From: Nitrososphaerales archaeon
GTDB taxonomy: Archaea > Thermoproteota > Nitrososphaeria > Nitrososphaerales > UBA213
Direction: 5' to 3'
DNA length: 64,000 nucleotides
Assembly: GCA_965197925.1 (NCBI GenBank)
Contig: CBDAOC010000019.1
Location: forward strand, 320,001-384,000
Of this stretch, positions 22,800-33,886 are shown one piece after another. The notes under the pieces were generated by a model that did not search any database, had not been told where the DNA came from, and was given only the letters and a program-made list of their open reading frames with translations. Numbering within the stretch: the first letter of the stretch is position 1; the number at the start of each line of letters is the position of its first letter. A program made the translations under genes and the position numbers.

Positions 22800-23547
22800 T
22801 TAATCTTTAAATTCTTATCAAAAACAGTCATATTTTTATATTGAACCGTCATGATGCGCTGCCATATTACACATCCATTTAATTTTAATCATCAAAATCA
22901 GTGCGCCTTTCAATACAGGCCAGTAGTTTTGAGTCAATCATTACCATTATCTATACATCGAATAAAATTGGTATTGGATATATCAAATTTCTGATACGCT
23001 GGAAGTGGTGTTATCCAAATTTATTGATTTAGAGTATTTAAGATAATTGGCTAGCAAAGACACGCTAATACTAAAGAAGAAATAATGTTCTACATTTTCC
23101 AGTTGAAATATTTTCAAAGTACAAAGTGACATCGTAAAAATACTCGAATTAACTAAAACTATCTTTTAATACATCATATCGATTGGAACTAGATACCATT
23201 GACTATCCTTTAGATTCTACGACAATCATACATGAATTGTCACTTGATCCATATTGGTAAATTCTCTGCTTTCACTATAATCCTTCAAACAAATTCCAAT
23301 TTTGGTTCAAGTTTTCTTCTCCTTTCTTTGTTGTTATCCGAGTACAGGAGTTAGAATAATGTACGCTCTTTAGTAGTATAGAAAACTAAGTGTGATATTA
23401 ATTTGAACTAACTGATTCATCAGCAAGGGAGCATTAGTGGATGTTATTTCTCTAAAGAATCTATAGAGTATTTCAAGTATTATCACTAGAATAGATCAAT
23501 TTTTTAATATTTAAAACAGTGATCTCTGTTAGATTGATATAGTATAC

Positions 23548-23793
23548 GTGTATGAACATGAATTGATAAATTCAGATAATTCATGGCTCTATATCCCGAT
23601 ACTGAAAGACTGGAATGGAGTGGAAGAGGACAAGAAGGTAAGAATTATAATGAATGATATCTGCGTAATAGTGCCAGTGGGGATTGCTAATGGTACGGGA
23701 GAGTTACTGGTTTTAAAATTCCTTGAATCCATGATAGAAGGTAAGTTGATTGAATATGGAGATGTGCAGAAAGCACTGGAACATCTACTTTGA
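23548..23793 (+). CDS. Small hypothetical protein
   Basis: 81-aa ORF with AT-rich promoter-like upstream sequence. Confidence 0.5.
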   Translation: MYEHELINSDNSWLYIPILKDWNGVEEDKKVRIIMNDICVIVPVGIANGTGELLVLKFLESMIEGKLIEYGDVQKALEHLL

Positions 23794-23831
23794 ACCATAA
23801 TTTATTCAATTTCATTCTCCACATAATTATT

Positions 23832-24927
23832 TGAGGCTTGGGCATAATTAAGCCGGTCGAAACGATAAGATCAGGTTCCAATTTTCATTGGTAATGTGTT
23901 TAGCTCAGACTCCATACTTCTTCGTATATTATTTTTGATTGACGTGATTCGGCCAAAACCTCTTAGGAAAAGGGGTAGACCATTCTACTATTCTCCTACA
24001 GTAATGGTGAGATGCTTCATCGTTAGAGTATGGATAAGAATACCAGGCAACAATGCTTTATATGAAACTTTTTGATAGACATGCCATACAACAGGAAGGT
24101 AATGAAGGCATGTGGTCTTGATAGGTTGCCAGACAGAAGAACATTCGACAGAAGGTCAAGGCCGTATCAATTGACATAAGATCAAGGATAGATGTTATGG
24201 GTATGCTCTTCATAAAAGATGGGTTGGTAGACCCAGCCATAGTATCCGTTGACAGTTCATTGTTGAAAGCAAAGGGACATGTATGGCATAGATCAAACAT
24301 GAAGAAGAATGAAGTGCCACGCTCCGGTATAGATACAGATGCTCGATGGGGCTACAGCAGAACCAAGGGATGGATATTAGGATACAAACTGCATCTAGCG
24401 TGTAGCACAGGTTCATTGATAGTTCCATTATCAGCTGATTTCACAACAGCTAACATTACTGATAACAAGATGTATGAAAGCATAACATCTTCATTGCCTA
24501 CAGGAATGGTAAGGTATGTTGTAGGAGATGAAGGATATGATGATCACAAGTTATGTGATTTCAGCAGGTATAGAGGGCATCCAGTATTCCCATTGGAAAG
24601 GTATAGGCATACTACAGATAATAATAGACTGGCATTGCTGCAGTTCTATAACTCTGAATATGGGCAGCATGTATATTCTCGGAGGAGCATAAGCGTTGAA
24701 CCATTGATAGAGTAGATAAAGGATGTATTTGATATAGACCCACTACCTGTTAGAGGGTTCGATAAAGCTAGGAGCATCGTTCTGATTTCTATATTGCTAT
24801 ACCAGCTGATGGTATACTACAACTACTTGACAGGAAGACCATTAAGGGCATTGAAGCACATGTTGGGAAGTTAATCAATCAGAGGCATCAAGTTATTTTT
24901 GTTATATGGAATAATGCCCATGCCTCA
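23832..24927 (+). mobile_element. IS with DDE transposase pseudogene (DDE_Tnp_1, IS982/ISNCY-like)
   Basis: TIRs TGAGGCTTGGGCATAATT / AATAATGCCCATGCCTCA; VDSS..., DTDARWG...GYKLH, GDEGYDD; frameshift near 24070 and TAG at 24713; frame ends at 24874. Confidence 0.85.
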
Positions 24928-25524
24928 GTTAAGTAAAAAACTCATTTCTTATCAAACTTTGTAAAAATATTTTCTGAGATGATTCTCCACCGATCATCTT
25001 TACCTTTACTAAAATCAAGGTATCTACAATTCTTATTTTCAAGATTATCTAAGGATTAGTCAATACTTTAAGTGATGATACATTGGATAATATAATCGAA
25101 AGTATGGACAATGTTTTCTAACTATATCACTACACTTTGTCAAGAAGGAATTCTCAAAAAAATATATAGCGCAAATCTTTATCCTCACAGATACCCACGA
25201 CCAGTGTTTGTGTGCTCATGCTACCTAATTAGGCAAGTATTATTCTAATTACCACAGTATTCTGGGTTTGTAAATCTCAGAAAATAATAATGACTTATTC
25301 CTGCGTGATTCATCAGTTTTTTTACTCAATGTATAATGGCTTTTAGATTTGCCAAAATTTTAAATTGGTTAATTTACGTTTTCATATATATTAAAAAGTA
25401 CAAAAAAGATACAGCTTACCTAACACATGTAAATGAATTTGATCAGTGAGTTTTGCAATTGGTGGTAACAAAGTTTACCGAATATTAAATATTTATAAAT
25501 AGAGTATTGATACCAATATTGTTT

Positions 25525-25758
25525 ATGAAAGCTTATGTTGAAATAAAGGTAGAACCAGGAAGCAATATACTAAGTATTTTAAGCGTTATGAGGACTGTTG
25601 AGGGTGTAAGGGATTCCTATGCTGTTACGGGCCATACAGATCTAATTGCCTCAATTGAAGCTTCTAACCTCAAAGAGATCGCTGACATTGTGACTCAGAG
25701 GATTCATCCTATCAGAGGCATTACAAATACAGAAACGATGGTTTGTGTAGAGGACTAA
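25525..25758 (+). CDS. Stand-alone Lrp/AsnC ligand-binding (RAM) domain protein
   Basis: MKAYVEIKVEPG...YAVTGHTDLIA...I..IRGITNTET. Confidence 0.9.
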   Translation: MKAYVEIKVEPGSNILSILSVMRTVEGVRDSYAVTGHTDLIASIEASNLKEIADIVTQRIHPIRGITNTETMVCVED

Positions 25759-26573
25759 ACTACACTTTTTTTGTCCGGAAATTTATCATAATAATTCTTT
25801 GATTTTCTATCTTATCTTTATTAGCCTACCTATTGGAATTAAATTAGGAATGAATTTCTATTAAAACTGATTCACCACGACTATAGTAGTATAAATACCT
25901 CTGGTTTCAAGCCAAGGTATTAAGCTAGTTGACATATTTCTAAATAAATCTACTCTCATCCATTGTTATAAGTAAGGGGCAAGAAATTGATACTTTTCAA
26001 AAAAAGTAAATCACATTTACCATCATTTTCCAAAGTATAATTAATTCTATATTATCATGAATCCGCCATAGTAATTTAGGGCTTTGCACCTGATATGCCT
26101 TTATCACAATATGTGACATAACAATTGTAAACAGCCCCAGAGAATAGATAACGGAATAGGATGTTATGATAAGAATTCATCTAATGATATGTATCAAATA
26201 AAAGAGAGGGGGGTTGGAGAATTAGAAGAAGCAATTAATGAAACCTACTGAATTGTTTTGTATTGTTATTATCTCTTATAGGTATGAATTGGTCTGTTCC
26301 AGAAATTATTCATGCAAGCCACCTGTAATCATAACGTCATTATAACTTCAGTACAGTCATTAAAACTTCATAATAACGTGATAATAACGTGATAAAAGTC
26401 ATTTTAACAGACCACAACTTAATAGACCATCTTCTTGTCCAAATTACGATCTTTTGTAATGAGTGACATAAACGAGAAGAAAAGTACCATCATTATTATG
26501 AACAACATCCTCATTCACTTGGTTGGAATCCATTGGACTTAATTGAATTGTATCAATCGCCCAGCAAGTTCTT

Positions 26574-26693
26574 AATTTATATACGGAGAGCTATTCAAAT
26601 TTATATACGGAGAGCTATTCAAATTTATATACGGAGAGCTATTCAAATTTATATACGGAGAGCTATTCAAATTTATATACGGAGAGCTATTCA
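26574..26693 (+). repeat. Five perfect 24-bp tandem repeats
   Basis: AATTTATATACGGAGAGCTATTCA x5, no spacers. Confidence 0.97.
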
Positions 26694-26747
26694 ATCTAAT
26701 AAAATATGCCATATTTATATAACATCATTAGTTGGATATGAAAATAA

Positions 26748-26855
26748 ATGACCAAAAAAATCAAAGCTAGCAAGTTCACACCGACTTCTTACAGGTCAGC
26801 CAGTAAAAAGTATGCAAAGGCAGAGCGCTTTAGAATGAAAAGAAAGAAACGTTAG
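26748..26855 (+). CDS. 35-aa highly basic peptide (not in ORF track)
   Basis: MTKKIKASKFTPTSYRSASKKYAKAERFRMKRKKR; TTTATATA box at 26714, leaderless spacing. Confidence 0.55.
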   Translation: MTKKIKASKFTPTSYRSASKKYAKAERFRMKRKKR

Positions 26856-26856
26856 C

Positions 26857-28206
26857 TTAAATATTTGAATATTCCTGCATTATCAAAGTGGCATAACTAA
26901 CACCGTCAAGCACATTCTTAATGGTAGTAAACTCATTTGGTGCATGAATGTTCGCATAAGGTGGCGAACATCCTGTCCAGACAGATTGCAGTTTCAGTAT
27001 TTTGGTAAAAACAAAGTCTGGGCCCGAACCCCACATGCTAGGAAAAACAGAAGGTTTCTTCCCATAGACCAGTTCCGCAGCTTTCGACGTAGCCTTTACG
27101 ATCTTTGCTTTGATATCAGTTTTTGAGGGTTCTACAGTTCCTAACTTGTAGATTAACATATCTGTAAATCCGCCCTTTGCCAAATATATCCTAAGCTTCT
27201 TTACAAGATCCTCAGTGCTTTGATCATACACAAGCCTGAAATCAATCTTTACAAACGCCTCATTTGGAAGAACAGTTTTTGCCCCCGTTGAAGTGTAACC
27301 GGACTGAATACCAGCTATGTTACAGGTAGGTTCAAAAAGGAGTTTTTTCAACGCCTCCTTGCCTCCAGCTCCCCCGATCAGTGATTTAACACCGTACTCT
27401 TTCTTGATCATCTTTTCATCATAATCCAATTTTTTAACTATTGCAAGGTCATCATCGCTCGGAACTTTCACATCATCATACCACCCATCGACAATTATCT
27501 TATCATCTTTGGTCATTGAATGTAACGCACTAACCAAACGCCATGCGGGATTGGGCACTAGAGGTGCCAGACCAGAATGGACGTCTATAGAAGCTGTTTT
27601 ACATCTCAATTCAATGTATAACAAGCCTTTCAAACCTGCATAAATGGATGACGTACCCGTAGGATTTAGAGAGCTATCGAAACATAAACTCGCATCGGCC
27701 TTTAACATTTGTTTATTATCCTTCACATATTGGGGTAAGTTGATAGAAGATATTTCCTCCTCACCCTCGAAAAGAAACTTGAGATGAAGCGGCGGTTCCC
27801 CTACGGTATCAAGGTAAGTTTTAGCGGCCTTTATCAGAGCTATGATATTTCCCTTAGAGTCTGAAGCTCCTCTTCCATGTATTCGATTGTCTGCGACGAC
27901 CCCAGAAAAGGGATTATACTTCCATTCATCCATTGGTTCTACCGGTTGGACATCATAATGCCCGTAAAGTAGCAATGTTTTCTTACCGCTTGACTTGACT
28001 TCACCATAAACTATTGGGTTTCCATCCTTTAGCTTGGTGATATTAGTATAAATTCCAGAATCACGCATGATTTCATTTAATGCAGAAGCACATTCCTCTA
28101 TTCCTACATTTTGTGCTGATATACTGGGGTGTTTTACTAACTTTCTTAAATCGCTAACAATATCATCTTGGTTATTTGCAACATGATCTCCTAACCTGCT
28201 TTGCAT
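26857..28206 (-). CDS. M20/M25/M40 metallopeptidase (ArgE/DapE-like)
   Basis: YGHYDVQP, GRGASDSKG, FEGEEEISS, IHAPNE. Confidence 0.93.
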   Translation of the reverse strand: MQSRLGDHVANNQDDIVSDLRKLVKHPSISAQNVGIEECASALNEIMRDSGIYTNITKLKDGNPIVYGEVKSSGKKTLLLYGHYDVQPVEPMDEWKYNPFSGVVADNRIHGRGASDSKGNIIALIKAAKTYLDTVGEPPLHLKFLFEGEEEISSINLPQYVKDNKQMLKADASLCFDSSLNPTGTSSIYAGLKGLLYIELRCKTASIDVHSGLAPLVPNPAWRLVSALHSMTKDDKIIVDGWYDDVKVPSDDDLAIVKKLDYDEKMIKKEYGVKSLIGGAGGKEALKKLLFEPTCNIAGIQSGYTSTGAKTVLPNEAFVKIDFRLVYDQSTEDLVKKLRIYLAKGGFTDMLIYKLGTVEPSKTDIKAKIVKATSKAAELVYGKKPSVFPSMWGSGPDFVFTKILKLQSVWTGCSPPYANIHAPNEFTTIKNVLDGVSYATLIMQEYSNI

Positions 28207-28309
28207 ATCAGGCTATTAGAACCCACATGAACTTAATGCTTTTGCATGGGTACATGAGATGGACAGGGTAGATATTCTATTATTGATGTAAAGTGAGGCT
28301 CTAATATTA

Positions 28310-29284
28310 TTAGATAAATGAGACATTCATCTCATCAAGTAATTTACCTATATCAGTAATAGACTTCCCACCCTTCTCAATGATCTGTTTTGCGGGGGGG
28401 TTCTTAAGGTAAGTATCCAACCTTGTATTTAGTCTCTCCTCGTAACTTGGTATATGCTGATTTTGGTAAAAAATACCAATCGGTATCTTTTCGCCCCACT
28501 CATGCGATTTTTCTACAGCTTGTACTATCTTAGCATTATTTTCAGATTCATCCTGACCATCCTTAACTTCCGGGTCATACCCATTTCCTTCCAGCTTATA
28601 CACCCTTGGCATTGCTGCACCATTGAGGTCCTTCCTGTCAATGCCGGAGAACCAATCCTTAGTATGAATATCATTGTAGGTAGGGCAGGGCTGCAACACA
28701 TCCACAAATGCAAGACCCTTATGTTGAATTGCCTTCTTCATTATACCCTTCATATGTGATATATCAAATGAATATGCTCTGGCAATGAATGTGAACCCGG
28801 ATGCCAATGCAAGCATAATTGGATTCACACCCTGATTTACATTGGGACCTGGGAGAGATTTTGTTTGCAAGTTGAATTTAAGTGTTGGAGCCGCCTGTCC
28901 TTTTGTCAAGCCATACACAGCGTTATCAAACAACAAATACATCATATCGATATTTCTTCTTCCAATATTTACAAAGTGCCCGGCACCGATACCCAAACCT
29001 CCACCATCTCCACCTACAGCTATCACTTCTAAATCAGGGTTTGCCAGCTTTGCTCCAGTAGCGTATGGCAGTACCCTTCCATGTAGCGTATGTATCCCAT
29101 TAACCTTGATGTAGTGTGGGGTCTTCCCTGAACAACCTATATCTGAAAATACTGCAACGTTATGTGGTGCCATCTGCATGTCAGCCAATGTCATCTGTAT
29201 CGCATTAAGTATTCCAAAATCTCCGCAGCCAGGACACCAGTCATTGTGTTTCCCTGATTTATAATCAGTCAATTTAAGTGCCAG
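28310..29284 (-). CDS. korB: 2-oxoacid:ferredoxin oxidoreductase beta subunit
   Basis: [39 protein letters not shown]; start is CTG 29284 or TTG 29272. Confidence 0.93.
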   Translation of the reverse strand: MALKLTDYKSGKHNDWCPGCGDFGILNAIQMTLADMQMAPHNVAVFSDIGCSGKTPHYIKVNGIHTLHGRVLPYATGAKLANPDLEVIAVGGDGGGLGIGAGHFVNIGRRNIDMMYLLFDNAVYGLTKGQAAPTLKFNLQTKSLPGPNVNQGVNPIMLALASGFTFIARAYSFDISHMKGIMKKAIQHKGLAFVDVLQPCPTYNDIHTKDWFSGIDRKDLNGAAMPRVYKLEGNGYDPEVKDGQDESENNAKIVQAVEKSHEWGEKIPIGIFYQNQHIPSYEERLNTRLDTYLKNPPAKQIIEKGGKSITDIGKLLDEMNVSFI

Positions 29285-31202
29285 CCGTTAGCACCTCCCT
29301 TGGGTTCGCATTTCCATCAATAATTTTCTTTAATATGTGATAAACCTCACTAAGTGAAATTGCCCTTCCATTGTATTTAACTACCAAGTGATCAGGATCG
29401 CGTTTGAGGTTTTCACTAAGGAGCTTAGCAAGCTGGCCGGTGTAGTTCATTTCAACATCAATCAATAAGCGAGTTTTTGAAAGCAAAGATTCCACCAGCT
29501 TAGTAGGAAAGGGATTAAGCAGTCTCATCTGTACGAAGTTTATCCTTTTCCCCTCCTTAGCAAGTAAATCCATGGCATCCAAGATAGCGCCCTTTGTAGA
29601 TCCCCAACTAATAATGGTCACATCTGAATCTTCACCAAACTTCACTGCCTTGTCCTCATCAGCTATCCCTAGAACCAGATCCAACTTACCCATTCTCTTG
29701 TTCATCATTTTTATTCTGATGTTGGGATGTTCAGTAATGTGACCATCAGGCTCATGTTCATCACCAGTATTCCAAAATATTCCATTTTCGGTTCCAAGTT
29801 TTACGCGTGGAGATACCCCGCTTTCAGTAAACTCAAACCGCTCATACTTTTGTTGTCCATCAACCTTGTCTAAAAGCAATCCCCTCTCAATATTCACCCT
29901 TTGAGAATCGAGCCGCTTGATCGTTACTACAGTACTTCCAAGTAACTTGTCGACGATATGAATTACGGGTGTTTGATATCTCTCCGAATAATTGAAGGCC
30001 TTTATTGAATCATAGAATGATTCTTCCACATCACCTGAAGCAATCACTATCCTCGGAAATTCCCCATGACCTGCATGTATGGCAAATTGCAGATCACCTT
30101 GCTCGTGCCTAGTTGGGAGGCCTGTGGCAGGTCCTGCTCTTTGGTATAACGTTATAACTATAGGTATCTCATTTATCCCTGCCCATCCAATCGCTTCTGC
30201 CATTAAGGAAAATCCAGGACCAGATGTACATGTCGCCGACCTCGCACCAGACAGTGCTCCTCCAGTTGCCATTGTGATTGCCGCTATTTCATCTTCGGTC
30301 TGGACTATAGTAAATCCACCCTTTTGTTCGATATCAATAAGGTCCAAGGAATCGTTTGCTTCAAGGAATTCACTCTCATCAGAAGCAGGGGTTATGGGGT
30401 AGTATGTTTGGAATCTGCAACCAGCTACCATCTTTCCTAATCCAGTTGCTTGGTGGCCCTGAATAAGTATAAGGTTATTATCAACTTCTCTAGCCTGTAG
30501 TTTGTATCTAAAGTGATTGCCAAACTTTGCTTTTGTGTGGTTATATGTATAATTTGCAGCTTCGATATTCATATCAACAATTTTGGGTTTTGTCTTGAAT
30601 GTATACTTGATCCCTCCAGCAATAGTACTTTCGTCATAGTCTAGTAAAGCGAATGATGACGCCATGGCCATTACGTTTATCATCCTCATTAACTTACCCA
30701 TTGATGGCTGATTCTTCTTTTCTGCCAGGTCTCGAAGCAAATTCTTGAATTCTACCGGAAATAGACTTGCCCCATTATCTTTGGCAAGATCGAGCATATT
30801 CCCTATTGTTTCCCCTTTACCCGCTGTTTCCAATTTTTCCTTCAGTTCTTCCATTATAGGGTCTTCCATTGTTGGAACTTCATCGATGGAAATTTCAACC
30901 AAACTTGAATCGTATACAATTGCTCCTCCGCTAACTACATGCAAAGAATGTGTAAACAGTGTTTCCGCATCAAATGCAACTAGGACATCAATTTCATCAA
31001 CATGTGATCTAATGGGTTTTTCGCTTACACGTATTGTAAAATAACTATGCATGCCCTTAATATTGGAATAATATTCTCGCTTGCCATATACATGCAAGCC
31101 TCCAAGAGCACATGATTTGGCAAATATATTGGCAACGGTGTCGACACCACTGCCTTGGGCTCCACCAATTACCCATGATAAATTATTAATAATCTGTTCC
31201 AT
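29274..31202 (-). CDS. korA: 2-oxoacid:ferredoxin oxidoreductase alpha subunit (gamma-alpha fusion)
   Basis: [36 protein letters not shown]. Confidence 0.95.
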   Translation of the reverse strand: MEQIINNLSWVIGGAQGSGVDTVANIFAKSCALGGLHVYGKREYYSNIKGMHSYFTIRVSEKPIRSHVDEIDVLVAFDAETLFTHSLHVVSGGAIVYDSSLVEISIDEVPTMEDPIMEELKEKLETAGKGETIGNMLDLAKDNGASLFPVEFKNLLRDLAEKKNQPSMGKLMRMINVMAMASSFALLDYDESTIAGGIKYTFKTKPKIVDMNIEAANYTYNHTKAKFGNHFRYKLQAREVDNNLILIQGHQATGLGKMVAGCRFQTYYPITPASDESEFLEANDSLDLIDIEQKGGFTIVQTEDEIAAITMATGGALSGARSATCTSGPGFSLMAEAIGWAGINEIPIVITLYQRAGPATGLPTRHEQGDLQFAIHAGHGEFPRIVIASGDVEESFYDSIKAFNYSERYQTPVIHIVDKLLGSTVVTIKRLDSQRVNIERGLLLDKVDGQQKYERFEFTESGVSPRVKLGTENGIFWNTGDEHEPDGHITEHPNIRIKMMNKRMGKLDLVLGIADEDKAVKFGEDSDVTIISWGSTKGAILDAMDLLAKEGKRINFVQMRLLNPFPTKLVESLLSKTRLLIDVEMNYTGQLAKLLSENLKRDPDHLVVKYNGRAISLSEVYHILKKIIDGNANPREVLTAGT

Positions 31203-31245
31203 TATGTAATTTTTACATCATTTCATCCTATTAATGGTTTACAGC

Positions 31246-31383
31246 TTATCCCCCACCAGTTGCTGTATCAAACAAACAGCATTCACAATCATCTCTTTCT
31301 CCACAAAAGGGGCAAACGCAAACACATGACTCGACTGAAATACCACAAAAATCGCATAAAGCAATCTCCTCGGTGTCACTCAT
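31246..31383 (-). CDS. 45-aa Cys-rich micropeptide (not in ORF track)
   Basis: MSDTEEIALCDFCGISVESCVCVCPFCGERDDCECCLFDTATGGG; 9 Cys. Confidence 0.75.
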   Translation of the reverse strand: MSDTEEIALCDFCGISVESCVCVCPFCGERDDCECCLFDTATGGG

Positions 31384-31495
31384 AAACATATTTTGTACAA
31401 CATTGTATTAATAGTTTTTATGAACAAGAATTGAGGACTGGAAATCCTCTCACTAGTGCTATGATTAAAATAAAAGAATCTAATTTTAATTATGC

Positions 31496-32947
31496 ATGTA
31501 CAGATCAAGATTAAAAGGAAGATTGAATAGAGAGGTACTGAATTATTTATCGTCGATAAATGATGATCTTGTCCTCTTGCACTATGATATTGTTGGTAGT
31601 GAAGCACATTCTATAATGCTTTACGAGCAGGGATTGATCAAAAGGGCGGAATTGAAGAAAATATTAGATGCCTTGGAAAGTACAAAAGAAGACCAACTGA
31701 AAAAGCTTGCTTCTAACTATGAAGATATTCATGAAGCTGTGGAGGCATTGGTTGTAAAAAAAGCCGGTGCAAGTGCAGGTGGAAAAATGCACACCGCACG
31801 ATCAAGAAATGATCAGGTTGCGCTTGATATAAAAATGAAGGAGAGGGACGATATTAATAATATCAGTTTACAGGTAATTGAGTTAATTAAACTTCTTCTG
31901 TTAAGAGCAGAGGAGAATAAGGATTCTGTCATGCTTATGTATACACATCTGCAACATGCTCAGATAGGAACCTTTTCACATTATCTAATCTCATACACAG
32001 ACATAATATTAAGAGACCTGGAGCGGCTAAATGAATGCTATACTCGTGTCAATAAATCTCCCTTGGGTGCAGTCGCGATTGCAGGAACTTCAATAAAAAT
32101 AAATCGAAAGACGGTGGCATCTTTACTAGGATTTGATGGTATTGTAGAAAATTCCATTGATGCAACTACTTCGAGGGATGTGACAATTGAATTGTGTTTT
32201 TGTCTTGCAATGTTAATGCTCAACATGAGTAGAATAGCAGAAGACTTTATTCTTTGGTCTTCCTCAGAATTCAATTTCATCCAACTTGCAGATGAACTAA
32301 CATCGAGCTCGAGTGTGATGCCACAAAAGAAGAATCCATGTCCACTAGAACTATTGAGAGCGAAGGTAGCACATGTAGTTGGATTGTTATTCAGTGTAAT
32401 GATGACGATAAAGGCTCTCCCAACTGGGTACAGTAGGGACCTACAGGATTCAAAACAGATACTGTTTCAAGCAATAGCAATTACGAGTGAATCGGTGAAC
32501 ATTATGTGTTCTGTAATGGATACTTTGCAGGTAAATAGGAATTCAATGTTAAGATCGGCAGAGAACAGCTACGCCATTTCACTTGATGTGGCAGAAGAGC
32601 TGGTAAGGGCTGGACTGCCATTTAGGGAAGCTCATAGGATAGTTGGGGCATTAGTAAGATTAGCATCCAGTAAAGGGAAAAATCTACAAAGTTTAACGGA
32701 GGGTGAAATCAACATGGCGGCTGGACAAAAGTTAGTATCAGTGTTGAGTAATACTCTAGGGAAAATAAATGCTAAATATTCAGTTCACTCGAGGATATCT
32801 AGAGGTTCCCCTCATCCCAGAGAACAGGACCGCATGATAAAGAGCAGAAAAACAATGGTAGGGATCTATCAGCAAAAAATAGGGGAGCGTGTGGAGTATG
32901 TTAGCAGAGCTTTCAAACAATTGAGGAAAAGAGTAAAATCCTTCTAA
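31496..32947 (+). CDS. argH: Argininosuccinate lyase
   Basis: HTARSRNDQV, YTHLQHAQ, SSVMPQKKNP. Confidence 0.96.
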   Translation: MYRSRLKGRLNREVLNYLSSINDDLVLLHYDIVGSEAHSIMLYEQGLIKRAELKKILDALESTKEDQLKKLASNYEDIHEAVEALVVKKAGASAGGKMHTARSRNDQVALDIKMKERDDINNISLQVIELIKLLLLRAEENKDSVMLMYTHLQHAQIGTFSHYLISYTDIILRDLERLNECYTRVNKSPLGAVAIAGTSIKINRKTVASLLGFDGIVENSIDATTSRDVTIELCFCLAMLMLNMSRIAEDFILWSSSEFNFIQLADELTSSSSVMPQKKNPCPLELLRAKVAHVVGLLFSVMMTIKALPTGYSRDLQDSKQILFQAIAITSESVNIMCSVMDTLQVNRNSMLRSAENSYAISLDVAEELVRAGLPFREAHRIVGALVRLASSKGKNLQSLTEGEINMAAGQKLVSVLSNTLGKINAKYSVHSRISRGSPHPREQDRMIKSRKTMVGIYQQKIGERVEYVSRAFKQLRKRVKSF

Positions 32948-32975
32948 AATACCAGGGAATCAGTAGATCAATTAA

Positions 32976-33071
32976 CATGAGAGCTCTGGTAGGAGAGGCA
33001 AAATGGGGCCTCTCCACCAAACAGGGCTCATAGGTCATGGTGTGGGTCTGGTTTGGGCTTATTACACCCAT
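32976..33071 (+). ncRNA. Candidate structured RNA or long GC-rich hairpin(s) between convergent argH and tfuA
   Basis: Nested stems CATGA/TCATG, GAGCTCTG/CAGGGCTC, GGAGAGGC/GCCTCTCC; second stem GGTGT/ACACC. Confidence 0.4.
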
Positions 33072-33195
33072 TTCTATATCACTAGTGATTAATATAATTA
33101 TTTCGAATGAAAATTATGGTAAACTTGTGCTACAAATATTGACCAAGTAATTTAATAATTTGACCACAAACATCCCCGAAATTAATATTGGATTA

Positions 33196-33867
33196 TCAAC
33201 AATTGTTTTCTTTCAAAGATTCCAGGTACTGGTGTTTTACGAATTGAATTAACTTGATTGCATCCTCCTCCTTCAAGCTTTTTCTATGAGTTTTCACATA
33301 TTGCTCCATGCGTTCAAGCACTTGATCTTCTACTATTCCTTTTGCTCTATTGAACAGTTCTCCATAAGTTCGATCTGGAAAGTAGATACGTTTTGCAGTT
33401 TTCTTCAAGATCCTCTTTGTCTCCCCGTCTATTATTCCATCTTTGCAAGCATGATATAATGTATAGCGAATGTCAATCAAAGCTTCAGATTCTAATTTGT
33501 AATTTTGTATTGAAAAGGTAACTGCCACTTCATCATCTGAATCTAATATACCTTTTTTATAAAGTTCGAATATTTTTCCTATACCCTTCATTCCAAATTT
33601 TTCCAGCTCTACAGCACGCAATGCTCCTAAGCTTGCTGCTCCAATTACAAATACATCCTTCTTTTTCAATAATTTGTAAACTTCAATTGGTGTGGGAGGG
33701 TAATCTTGTAGAAAAACACCGTCTATGAATCCTATTAATTGGGCATCTGTTTTTAGAATTTCATTAAAATCCCCCTTTCTAGCTGGTGGCCTGAAATCTG
33801 CAAAAGGGAGTATTCTCTTGGCCAACTCCAGTTTCAAACTTGGACCCAAAAAAATGATAGGTAACAT
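33196..33867 (-). CDS. tfuA: TfuA-like protein (YcaO partner for thioamidation)
   Basis: IFLGPSL, PPARKGD, IDGVF, GAASLGALRAVEL..GM.GIG.IF, DDEVAV, SEALIDIR. Confidence 0.93.
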   Translation of the reverse strand: MLPIIFLGPSLKLELAKRILPFADFRPPARKGDFNEILKTDAQLIGFIDGVFLQDYPPTPIEVYKLLKKKDVFVIGAASLGALRAVELEKFGMKGIGKIFELYKKGILDSDDEVAVTFSIQNYKLESEALIDIRYTLYHACKDGIIDGETKRILKKTAKRIYFPDRTYGELFNRAKGIVEDQVLERMEQYVKTHRKSLKEEDAIKLIQFVKHQYLESLKENNC

Positions 33868-33886
33868 GATATACCTACCTACCTTC

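Noticed and set aside
24713..24715. TAG read-through (pyrrolysine) in the transposase, and likewise in the nitrilase at 39068
   Set aside because: Both genes also carry frameshifts and no pyl genes are seen; ordinary pseudogenisation.
20100..24930. Integrated element at tRNA-Leu
   Set aside because: I found no duplicated tRNA 3' end (att site) and no integrase.
26574..26693. CRISPR array
   Set aside because: The units are contiguous with no unique spacers, and there are no cas genes.
26533..26751. 72-aa ORF with an IYIRRAIQ repeat
   Set aside because: It is open only because the 24-bp unit is a multiple of 3; no other coding support.
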